A DNA stretch of 53,639 nucleotides from Craspedostauros australis (Eukaryota): assembly GCA_030167865.1 (NCBI GenBank), contig JALAGF010005004.1, positions 1-53,639 of the forward strand, in the 5' to 3' direction. The notes beneath the pieces are model-generated. The model saw nothing but the letters and a program-made list of their open reading frames with translations, had not been told where the DNA came from and searched no databases. This document shows, one piece after another, positions 25,285 through 37,300 of this stretch; within the stretch, counting starts at the first letter, position 1; each line of letters opens with the position of its first letter. A program made the translations under genes and the position numbers.

Positions 25285-26835
25285 ATGTTGCCGGTGGATA
25301 ATACAAGCGGCGCAGAACATCACCGCGATAGTCAATGCGGCGACAGCAGTGAGGCGTACTCCTACGAGGATGCCTTCACATCCATGTTCTATCACGAAGG
25401 CGATACGGATGATGATGACGATCATCTATCCCATGGAACGGACCGCGCTCCAAAGACGGGTCAAGATCATGCAGCCTGTGACGATGATGAAGAAGAACGT
25501 GATGACGGTACCGGCACACCACCGGCGTATCTCATGAAGGCCATCCTGGCGGGTTTGTACGAATTGCCACCCAAGCATATTCTCAAATACCAAACGGGAT
25601 GGGGACGCAGGGTACGCTATGAACGGGTGGTACGCATTGACAATCAATTCAAGGTCTGCAAGCGATTGCGGCTGGTGCCGGCGATACCGAATTGCGGGTG
25701 TGATCACGGTGAACCGCAGATGCAGGATGATCCTCGCCATGCGATGATGGCGGTAATCTCAAAGCAGCGGCTGACGAGGCGGCAATTCACTGCCAACAAG
25801 GATCTGCGGGGATCCAGTGCGGACTTCTTCGTCTACCGTGTTGAATTCGTGTCGCAAGAAGAGACAGATGACAACGCATCCGCCAACTCACCTGGCACGG
25901 ACACGGTCAGCAGATGGAATCAACAGCTGATGGAGATAGCATTGGAACAGGAACGCGATGATCCCGACAGCGGCATGGATGTGAGCAACGCTGGAGGATC
26001 GTGGCATGGTCCTCCGAACTTGTTGGATGGAATATCTGCCGGTGACGAGGTCGCGGAGAAACTGAGAGCAGGCGGAGATGGGACCGCTCATAGTCGTATT
26101 GCGTCAAGTGAAGAAGAGGGATACGCTCATGCGGCGCAGAAACACGGTCATTTTAAATGCCTGCAGCAACTGCATCATGCAATATGCCAGACCATCTCGA
26201 CGATTGATGACATGTCTGCCTCATCATCAGCTGCAACGGTGCACGCTCCCAACGGCGAATCGACAATGAATACGGCAACCTTGGAGTTTGACCCATCATC
26301 TATCGAGTGCTGGGTCAACATCTCGCGCCACGGGTCATGGAATCGGTTGCACACGCATGAAACCAGCGCGTGGAGTGGTGTCTATTACGTGTCGGACGGC
26401 AGAAGCGCACGGCCATCAGCGACGCGGGGAGATCCGTATGGCGGTCGGCTCGTGCTGAAACCAACTCCGCATGCAAAGGAAGACACGTACGCTTTGGAGG
26501 AACGGGAACTCCAGCGGCTCATTCAAATACGTGCGCAAACATCGCTGGAGGCGGCTCGCTGTTGTGTCAATGTGGATTCAACTTGCGAATACCTCGACAT
26601 TCCACCCAAGGCAGGCACCATGATCATCTTTCCAAGCTGGTTGCATCATTGCGTTTTACCTCTCGAAGTGGATGCAGCTAAAGCAACAACGGCGCAAAGC
26701 ACCGATTGCACGAAATGCACTCAAGGTAGCAATGAGCATGAGGAAGAAGAACACGACGAACATGGTGACGAGGCCCCTTTTCCACGGATATCGATCGCTT
26801 TCAATGTGAACTGGAAGAAGCAACCGCGATGCTGA
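25285..26835 (+). CDS. Putative 2OG-Fe(II) oxygenase (TIGR02466 / 2OG-FeII_Oxy_5-like) with long N-terminal extension, ~516 aa
   Basis: WVNISRHGSWNRLHTHETSAWSGVYYV, PKAGTMIIFPSWLHHCVLP and RISIAFN are the family's characteristic HxH...H...RxS motifs. First ATG at 25285. Confidence 0.85.
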   Translation: MLPVDNTSGAEHHRDSQCGDSSEAYSYEDAFTSMFYHEGDTDDDDDHLSHGTDRAPKTGQDHAACDDDEEERDDGTGTPPAYLMKAILAGLYELPPKHILKYQTGWGRRVRYERVVRIDNQFKVCKRLRLVPAIPNCGCDHGEPQMQDDPRHAMMAVISKQRLTRRQFTANKDLRGSSADFFVYRVEFVSQEETDDNASANSPGTDTVSRWNQQLMEIALEQERDDPDSGMDVSNAGGSWHGPPNLLDGISAGDEVAEKLRAGGDGTAHSRIASSEEEGYAHAAQKHGHFKCLQQLHHAICQTISTIDDMSASSSAATVHAPNGESTMNTATLEFDPSSIECWVNISRHGSWNRLHTHETSAWSGVYYVSDGRSARPSATRGDPYGGRLVLKPTPHAKEDTYALEERELQRLIQIRAQTSLEAARCCVNVDSTCEYLDIPPKAGTMIIFPSWLHHCVLPLEVDAAKATTAQSTDCTKCTQGSNEHEEEEHDEHGDEAPFPRISIAFNVNWKKQPRC

Positions 26836-28315
26836 TCTCGCTGGTTTGGATGCAGCACTGGTATGAGGACACGCGGACATTCGCAAAGCTGTTGTTGCTT
26901 CTTCTTCTTCTTCTTCGTCTGGAGGAACGAGTGCCATACATACGAGTACAAAGCCAACAATTCAATGGCATAGCACGATGTCGGCAAGTGGAGCACGGTA
27001 TTTGCGCCGGCGCTTGTTGTGATCGGTCGCCCAGTTTGGTTCAAAATTCAAAATACATCGACCTACTGCTGCATCTCTGTAGGTATGATACATGCTATTG
27101 CCATTATGGTACGGGTTGTTGTCTGGTGCAACCACCCATGCAGCTAGCCCGCAACCGCACGCTGGGCAATGTCGGCCGCGCACGAACAACCTCACTTTTT
27201 GTGATTGCCCTCGCAGGACGGCTCAGAGAAAGGTCAAATTCACGTGTTCGTCTGTAGCGTTGGTTGATGTGATCATGTCAGATCCCGCTTCCGGATGTCT
27301 GGAATAGTCATCGATTAATTTAGCCTCGACAATATTACTAAGCGCGTTTTTTGCGGTTCATGTCGCAAGCGAATGTCGTCCATGTCGCACGCGACTTCGC
27401 TCAGACAGAACTGTGTCATCGTTACACGTGAACTGGTGTGGTGTTTGTGTGTGACCAACAAGACGCGATGACAACGGCAGTACCACGCCGAAATGAACAA
27501 AAACGAAATTGTGGGTTTTTGTCGGAGACTGGTTTCGCCTGCGCGAGCGAAGGATGGTGGGTGGAGGGACATTCGGAGAGCTGCGGCGACACCAACCAAG
27601 AAACCAGGAGGCGCGCCGCTATCATCGCCAGGCACAAGGTCACTCATACGGTTGCGCAGCGCCGACATCAAGAACGCAACAAGGTAGTCGTCCCAACACC
27701 ACCACCACCATCAACACCATTAACATTAACAACAACAACAATACTGCCTTCTCTGGAGCTACCCACGACAACGGCGGACAGAGAGAGAAAAGGGGAGATA
27801 TAGGTAGAGACACACGTAGAGAAAGAGAGAGAGAGCCCCGCGCACCTGAACAAGGAGGTTGACACTCCCGTTCTCCACTCGAAGAACATAGCAACAGAAC
27901 GCAGAGGAGGCATTTGGACACGCCTTCGTCTCATTTCCGAGTGCGTCGCTGTGTCCCATTCGCACAAGTGACGTCGTGGGTGGGAACGCAGGTGCGACCT
28001 CCACGACGAACGGCACAGGACGCAGCAACCGCCCACCACACGCAGAGTAATCAAGGGAACGCTGCACTCCCGCAGATCGATCCGATAAGTGAACACGGAG
28101 GAAGTCATCGCAGCAAGCACCAAAGCAAGCACGTCGCAAGCGAAGATCAGTCGTCCACTCTATCTATCGCGTCGAACACTCCTGTTTGGCAACAACGCAG
28201 CAAGTTCGAGCACAAGAACAAGGACAAGGTCCACAGAACTTGATATCAACGCAAGCTCAAGCTCAATCGCAATCGCAATCGCAATCATACCGACAATCAC
28301 GCACACAATCACACA

Positions 28316-31300
28316 ATGACTTCATACATGTACAGCCCTTCGAAGAAGGTGACGGAGCTGCTGTCCAAGTTCTTGGAGTTCGATGCCACGCAGCTCGAAT
28401 TCGGGATCTGGAATGGCGACCTGTCGCTGAAGAATGTCAACCTTCGGCAGGAGTCCATCGACCCGCTGCTCAACAAGCGTGCCAGCCAGCCTCACACGGA
28501 TGCCAGGACGAAGGCGCCGCTGCGAATGAAGCTGGTTTCCGGAAGCATAGGCTCGATGCGGATCAGGATACCATGGAAGCGGATGGTTTGGGGACAGGGC
28601 TCCGTCCAGCTCGACATCAGCGACGTCATGATCGTGCTCGCCTTCACCAGCCGCGAAGAGACGGACGCCTTCCTCAAGCAGGCGAAGGAGATCAGCGAGG
28701 CGAAGCACGGCGCTGCGAATGATGCCAACAGCCAGGATGGTTCCGATGCCGATGGCGCCAACGGCTCCGGAAAACCATCGCGCTCCAAGAAGAACAAGCG
28801 GAAGAAGGCGGAGGCAGCGCCGCCGGAGGATGACATCAAGCAAACGCCCGCCTACCGAAATGCCAAGCAACGGCGACTGCGCGAAGCAGAGCGCCGTCAT
28901 CTCCAGGGACTGCCTGTCGCTGTCTGGTTGGACTCGGTGCACCGCAAGAACAGCATCGAAAGGGAGGCGTTGCGTGCGCAGGAGGAACAGCGGCTGCAAC
29001 ACGGCAACAACGTCAACTCCTCCAACGGTACAACTGGCACGGGCAACAACAACAACAACAACAACGGAAGCAGCCACAATAAGAGCACCGGCAGCGGTGG
29101 CAACAATCACGCCAACAATAACTCCACGCGGAGTCGCACTTCCGCCATCGTGGGCAATACCAACAGCAACGCAGACCCCTCCACAGAACCTGGGCGGTTC
29201 GAGCGATGGTTGACGAACGCAACGTCGGATTTCTTTTGGAGGTTCTACGCCGGCTTGCAGGGGTCCATCAAGAAGGCAAGGATTGTGGTCGTGCAGGACG
29301 GCATCGAGGTTGGTTGCATCGTGCACTCGATAGAGGTCATCGCAGGCAAGGAGGAGGCGAAGGTATCCGTCGTCATGGAGCATGACGTGGGCAGCAAGCG
29401 CAAGGGGAACACCAAGAGCCATGCCAACGGCAGCCATGCAGGCGGAGGACCCAGCACCATCCGCGAAAATGACTCAGAGCACGAGTCGGCCAATTCGGAC
29501 ACAGAGACCCTCCCGTCCAACGTCGTTTACGAAGGCGCCTACGATGACGGAGAGCATGTCGACAAGCGCATCAAGCAGCATGGACTGGGGCTCTTCGTGC
29601 GCCGGGAGGGGAACATGTCCAAGGTGCCACCCACGCTGCGCTTTTCCACATCCGTATCGGCCGATGACTACGTGCTCAGGCCGGTGCATCTCAACCTCTC
29701 CTTCTCCATGTTCTACCCCTACCCACCAGAGCGTCGAAAGAAGCGACAGAACGATGCGCAGAGCCATGCCACCAACCCCACCGAGGCCAGCACGGCAGTC
29801 TCACCAATCGAAAGCCCGAAACCGGAAAAGAAACGCCGAGGCAAGCGAGACAAGGTGTCCCAAGGGGATGCCGACACCGTCGCCGACTCCAGCATGGTCC
29901 TTCCCATATCATCCAACGAATCAATAGCATCCAGATCGCAGGCCCCATCCATCCCGCAACCCACGCCGTTCATGGCATCTCAGTCATCATCACGCAGCCT
30001 TACGGGAGGTCGCGAACACTCACAGCGCCTCAGACGCACGCACCGACGGATAGGAATGCTCAACGACAGTTCCGCGAGAGCCACGAACGCAACGGCCGGC
30101 ATGAATCACTCCAGCCGCCGCACATCCACACGATCCATCTCCCTGGGTTCGCGCAAGCTCAATTTTGACGAGATGAGCACCGGCATCACGGAAGCCCCGA
30201 CGGTGGTCGCCGAACACCCGACTGACCCCGTGCCGAGGCTGGAGTGTCACGTCGATCTCGAAGACATCCGCGTCATGTTCTCCAACCGCCATTACGACCT
30301 GTTGGCGCGATTTCTCTCGACGGTAGAACGCATGAAGAACGGACGACCATCGCAGACAATCCGATCGGTCAAGAAGCTGGACGCAACCACCTCCAACCTG
30401 CACGCAACCTTCCTGCTGGACCACCATCGACATCAGGATCTGTACAACCTCAATCACACCCAGCTGGAGGGACTGCAAACGGCGGATGCTCGTTCGCATC
30501 ATTCAAATTCGGAACACAAGGAGAAGAAAGGATTGAAGCAAAAACTACTGAACTCAAAGCCCATCAAGATGCTTCTGTCTACCGACAGGAATGCTGCGGA
30601 TACCAAGGATGCTGCCAAGCAGGCCAGCAGTCCCTTCGAATTCAACATCCCGCCGGCGCTGCTGAAGGCGCGCAAGACGCGCTTCGAGGTCATCCGCAAG
30701 TGGTGGCATTACTCCATTGGCGCCGTGACGTGGGAGATCCGCAAAAGCAAGAGCCTGCGTTCCAACTTCCACAAGATGTATATCTGCTTCGATTGGAGCA
30801 AGCAGAAGTACAAACGGAAGGAGTACGTCGATCTCTACATCGCCACGCGGTTAGATGCATCATCGAATCTCGAGGAGACCGACAAGTCACAAAAAGCCGA
30901 GAAGGAAGAACAGCTGATGAAGCTCGAAGACGAACTGCCTCTGGAACAGGTGCTTCTTTATCGCACGATCGCTCGGGCGCTGCGTGTTCGTGGCAAGTCC
31001 ACCATGCCGTCCTCGATCACAGAGCTGCATGCGGCGGACAAGCTCGGTGGCGCATCGAGGGCCAACTTCCTCTACTCGGCTGTCGAACGAATGCGAAGCC
31101 GTGCAACCACGCGCGGCAACGATGCCCTGAACGGTGCAGGCACGTCGGCATTCCTGTCGATCATCCAAGAACGTTTCGAATTCGCGAAAAACCTGCGCGG
31201 CAACTACCAAAAGGCGAAACCATCGCTGAAAGCCAACGCGGAACCAGACGTGGTGTTCGAGGATTCGCCGACAAGGCGCGAGAGCTCTCCTCGACACGAC

Positions 31301-34300
31301 GGGAACGAACCCAAGTCTCCAGACAATGGACATGTTGATCTGGAAGACGGTTTGAGCAGCATGGGTGGCATGAGCAGGCGCCGGTTAAAGCGCGGATCGA
31401 TGCGAAGTCAGCACTTCCAAGGATCAACACGCAGCCTCTTGGGCCGAAATACAAGCGTCGGCCACGATAGCATGGTGTCCGATGCCTACCAAACGTACAC
31501 ATCGGCTCGGGTGCAGCGTCGGCCGTCCGGCGATGCCTTTGATGCATCGACTCAGGTGGATTCCATCACGGCCGGCAGCCGAGTTAAGGACAGCGCATCG
31601 CAACCCAATGCCCCAGACACTCGTCCCATGCGCAGCATGCACTCGCGATCGACCCTCAGACATCTCAGAACCGGAGGTGCCTCCGTTGCCGGCACTCGCA
31701 CAGCACCACCTCCTGCTGACACGTCGATGAAGTTCGCATTCTCGTTCAAGATCAAGAGCGTCGCTCTGATCATCATTGAGGAGGACCATTACGTCGACTT
31801 CATGACAGAGAACAAGGGACGATCCAAGAGTCCCATCCATGACGGGATGCACACGGGCACTCTATCTAGATCGAACGAGTTTGGAGAGGATTCGTCCAGC
31901 GATGACATGTCCGAGCTGTCTGGCCTGACCGACGATCAGCGCTTCTTCAACGACCACGGACCTGTGACGATTCCGGAGGAAGAGATCGAGGACGTGGGTG
32001 GCGCTCGGCTTTCATCGACTGACTTTCTGCGATTCAACCAGCCCGAGAACATCCTGCTCCAACTCACCATCGAACCACTGGCTGGTTCGTTCCGCACCAG
32101 GAGCAGAGGTCCGAAAAAGATGACGTTGTCCGTCGGTCGCATATCGGCGGTCGGTGACAATGATGTGGAGCTGATCAGCATGGGATATGATGAACCTCCC
32201 AAGCCAATGGCGGAGGTCAAACTCGATGGCACCTACCATCGCGCAACTTCCAACGATCTGGGAGGGGACAGCTCGATGCATGGCGTCGCCAGAAGCATCG
32301 ACAGGAGCTTGGACATGTCCAGACACACCCTCGGAACCGATGATGAATTCAATATATCTGGGGTTTCACGACGCAAGTCGACACGGGCCATCTTCGTCCG
32401 TGGTATGACTTTCGAAGAGCAGAAGACGCTGCTGTGCGATCTGTCCAAGGTCACGGCTCGAGTGGACATGGATCCCATCACAAAACTCCTCAAGTTCTAC
32501 AACAGATCCACGATCATTTTCCCAGACAAGATCACATCCAAATCGTCCCGCGAGGTTGCGAGGAAGTACCTTGTGCACAAGGCATCCGGATCCGAGATTG
32601 AGCGAATCAATGCAACAATCAAGCTGAGCGGTGTAGAACTCCGGGTCCCTTTGCCACCCACTGGCATGGCGTCGGAGGCCTCGTCTCTGGCGTCTTCGTA
32701 TCACAGCGATCCCTTCTCGGAAGGAAACCGTTCACGCCGCAATGGCGATCGACCTGCCGCTCCGATCAGCCATGCCATCTTCAGCGTTACAGCGCTCGAA
32801 TTGTACAGCGGGCGTGTTGTGGAGGAGATGAAACTCTCCGACTCGGGCGTGAATGAATCCGGCACAGCGGGAATATGGCAAGCCAGCACCAGAATCCGAG
32901 CGATTGGTGGGAGGCAATCCCTGGATATGCTCGATGTCCAGGATGTGATGTCGACGCATGATCCGTTCACATGCCATCATTGGGTAAGTCAGCAACGCTC
33001 GCAGTGCCGTCAATCAATCATCAGCATGCACGCATGCATGCCACGAAGGATGGTGCGCATGGCAAGATGAAGTCACGTCACACTGTTGGCACCAATCTGT
33101 CTGGATTCTCGATCTCACAGAAATCTGCTTTGCCCGTTTTTTTTTTGTACTCGTGTCGCATTTCGGCGTCGGTGTGCGTGATCATATTATTTCCCTTTCC
33201 GATCTTCCCGACTATCAATCGATCCACATGTGTGCATGCGCTTCTCATGGTATCGTATGATATGTCCCATGCGCGCACGCACGTGCGTACCCATTTCCTT
33301 CCACCCCACTGGCACCAAAACAACAACAACACCAACACAATCTTTGATCTTCTTGTTGCTTCAGGTGGGTGTGGTGACGGGAATCAACTGCACCTTGGAC
33401 TCTCTATCCGATGACCCGCCGCAACTCCTTGAGGCACCGATCAACATCGAGTCGCTCATCACTGTGAACCATGTTGCACTGTTGGAGACCGAGAATCCAA
33501 AGAAGCAGGCCAGCGTCGAAGTCTCACCTATCCATGTGATATTGTCCCGCAGGAGGTTGGAGCTGCTATCACAGGCCGCCAATGCTTGCAAGTTGGAAAA
33601 TGGTCCAGCAGCGAAGACCGCCAGCGGCAGGAAGAGAGTGAAACCAGACCCGCCGAGAATTGAGATCCTTTCTCGCCAGCTGCTCCACTCCATCGATTTG
33701 AATTGCAAACAGTTCAAGCTCACTCTGGTGAGAGACCTCGATGTGACCGAGACCTTGACGGCGAAAGTGAAGGAGGTGATCATGGAGGAGTGCATTTCAG
33801 ATTTCCTATCGGTGCTGGCGTGCTTCGATTTCAGCCTCCCAAATGAAGAGGCACTCTCCTCCGCCATGCAAATTTGCATTGGCCGGTTGGTGGGCATCGG
33901 GTTTTCTGACGAGGAGGCGTGGGCGTGCACCAACGGCGCACGAGTCAACTTCCTCAATGATATCGCCCTGATGAAGAAGGCGCAGACGGATGTCCTGGTG
34001 CAAATGCATGCCAGTATCAGGACCCCCAGCTTCGCCAAACAACCATTGATCGAGGAGGATTCCGATTCGAGCGAGGACTCGATTGACTTCGTCGCAGAAA
34101 CGGCCGGCAGTACCAAGCTTGGGAAGTCGAGCGATCACCCAGAGCACGAAGCAACGGATGCATCATCTCATGACGATTCTGAAAACACAGTCAATTCGAT
34201 CGACATCGTGGAAACCACATTGCAAAATGCCGTCGAAAGGACGATCGTGACATTCGGCCCGCTGCTTGAGGATGAAAACATCTACGTCAAGAGGTACAAC

Positions 34301-37300
34301 ACCTTCCTGTGCTTGGACCTCGCACAGGGCATCCAGCTATCGAGAGTGCAGCTGTTCTACGACTCGCACACGACTGCCACGATCCCAGCCTTCGCCGTGA
34401 CCAATGCGGCCGGTGTCGAGATAGCGACACTTGTACCAGCTGAAGTGCAACAATCGGTCGAGAGCGGTGACGAGCAGCATGCCGGGGCACAATCCTTGCA
34501 TGGGGCTGTCTTTTCTCGATTCGATTTCGACCAAGGCTACCAGATCGGCCAGGGCGGGCTGCCCATCACCGTGCTCGCCTCCGACGATGGCTCAGACAAC
34601 GATGTCATCTTCAGACCAAGATCACGGTTGGACGACATTAACATCGGCGAACTCGAAATTCTGTTTGCATCCAATCTGTACGAAGAAATCATAGATGAGA
34701 TCAAGCAATTGGAATGGAATCCCAAAGATCACGATTCCACCGCTTCGAACGTCCACCATGACCATGATCCGAACTTTGATGGATCGAGCTTTTCGACCGA
34801 GGAGTCTGGAATTTTGACCATGGCAGAACGTCCTCCCATCAACAGCTCCTGCGTGTTGTTCGCATCCAGCATATCAGCTCTTTTGACTTCGGATACGCTG
34901 GTCCCGTTCAGCCGAATGACGCTGGACGAGATTTCGTACCGAAGCCCAGGCCAGCTGTCCAAGCCCATTCACGCTCACGATGGCTTGCCAACGTGGACGT
35001 TGGTCAGCCGGAGCGCGATGCTGCAGAACCTCACCCCAGAAGGACAGGCCTACCCGACCGCCCTGGAAGTTTTGCCAACCGAGACGATGCGCACGGAGGA
35101 ACCATTCGAAGTGGCGTTCTACAAGAGCCCAGATCCATGGAAGCAGAGCAGCCGCTTGGATGTGACATTCCGGGAGTACCGATTGATTCTCTTCCGTCAG
35201 TATTTGTACGAGGTCCTGCACTTTTTCACATCCGACAAGTACGGCGTGGGCCGTCTCAAGAACAAGTACAGCACCGACGTTCGCGATCGGAATGGCAATT
35301 CGAAGCCGCCGTTGATGTACTCTGTGTACATCCATGACACGTCGGTGGTGTGCCCGAAAATGAGCACCAGCTGCGACATGGTCACATTCGAAGTGGAGAA
35401 GGCCACATTTGCAGTCAGCTACCATCCCGAGTCGTTTGCGATGCCCACGCCTCAGGCCGATTTCGACCTCCACCCATTCCAGCCAGAGTCAAACCATACA
35501 AGGCGCAGTCATCAGCCGTCGCTCGGACGTCAAAACAGCGACGCGTCCAGCGTCTTCTTCGATTGTCATGATGGCACGTCCGTGGGCGGTCTCGGCACCT
35601 ACGAAGACGACCCAATTTCATCATTCGACAGCAGCTGGAAGCGACGTTTCGGTTTCAAGTTTGAACGCTTCCGGGCGTACACCGCAATGGCGCCAAGTCG
35701 GGAATCAAAGCGAATCCTCGAAACTCCCCTCTTTCGCTTTTTGTACGCGCTCGACGGCAGGGCGTCCCGAAACAAGCGCGTATACGTCAAGCAGGACGTC
35801 GCTGAGCCCCAAACCTTGTCCGGGCAGGAATTTATGGACGACGCAGCGATGTACAACCCGCGATGGGAGGAGGTCAGCATGAATCCTTTGAATTTGGAAA
35901 TGCTCATCGATTCTGCGGATTACACGAGAGTTCTCCTGTCGGACAGGGAAGGTCTGACACCGTTTGCTCTGGACGCGAAGCTCTCGCAGCTCTGCTTGCT
36001 GATGAACTTCTGGTTTTCCAACATGCAGGAATTGCCGACCATGTTCCCGTTCACGACAGATCAAGTCGAGGAGTCGGCCAAGCCACCGGATATACCAGAC
36101 GACTTCCCGAAATACGGGACAAAGGAGTTCGTGGACATGCTGGGTGATCTGTCGAGTGCGAAGTCCGAGATCTGTTGCCTTTTCAGGAAGCTGTCGCTGC
36201 GGTGCACATTCGACGAGCCCGGACATTTCGACATTGACCCGGATTGCTTCAAGTACTTCACTGATGGCACCCCGCAGGAAAATGGGCTGGTGCTGACTTT
36301 GTGCGATGCCTCTGTGCATGTGATCAACGATCAGTGGAACGTAAAGAGAATCGGCGTCGCCTCCAACAGCCTAGAGCTGATCGACGAAAGGAGGAAGTCG
36401 GACTTCGAGAAGACGCTGATGGTGCTGAAGCCCGAAGCCAACGCGTCGAACTGGGCGTGGGCGGACTACATGTTCGGCCTGCAGCAGGACATCCGCCAGC
36501 TGCACCGCCCGTTACCGGCCCCCTTCATACTCTCAGTGTTCATGGCTCCGGAATGGAGTTCGATCAATGTGGGCGCAACACACGCCAACGGGATCATGTT
36601 CGACATGTCGTGGATTTGGATCTTCTTGGACTATTTCAAAAGCTACTTCACAATGGCAGAATTCGGAAACCCCGGACACGAGGCGCAGAAATGGGCACAC
36701 AAGATCAAGAATTCGCTGCTGGTTTCGCTGGGCAAGAAGAGAGAACCATTCGAGCCCCTGCCGGGCGTCAACGTAGACTTTCGCCTGTGGCTCTACCAGC
36801 CAATTCTGTGTCTCCCCAGCAACCTCCACGACACCGCAGCACCATGCGTGAAGATCGATTGCAAGTCTGGTCTCTGGTACAGAATGAAGTCGATCCAGGA
36901 TCTTTCGTCTCAGGAGGTGGCAACGACCGACATCAACCTCCGCTTTCTCAGCGAATTTAGAGACCCTTGTGCTTGTCGAAAGCAGGATTCGTACGATGTG
37001 ATGTCTTGGTCCCGTCCGCTCATCGAGGGACTGTCGTTCGGTCTCCGGCTCGAAAGCAACAATCTGCATCATCATCGAGACGTCTCCGTGCAAATTCCAT
37101 TCCACGGCGATCATGTCACCAAATGCTCATTCGTCGACAAGGAGATTGACGTGCTGCCCAAGATCCTTCCTGTTTGCAAAGTGCTAAGACCCGCCGAACC
37201 ACACATCGCGCGTCACCTCGGCACGCAGGTTTGCGACATCACATGCATCATCGAAGTTCTGCCTCTCACCATCAAAACTATGTCTGGCTTCTTCTCCGCC

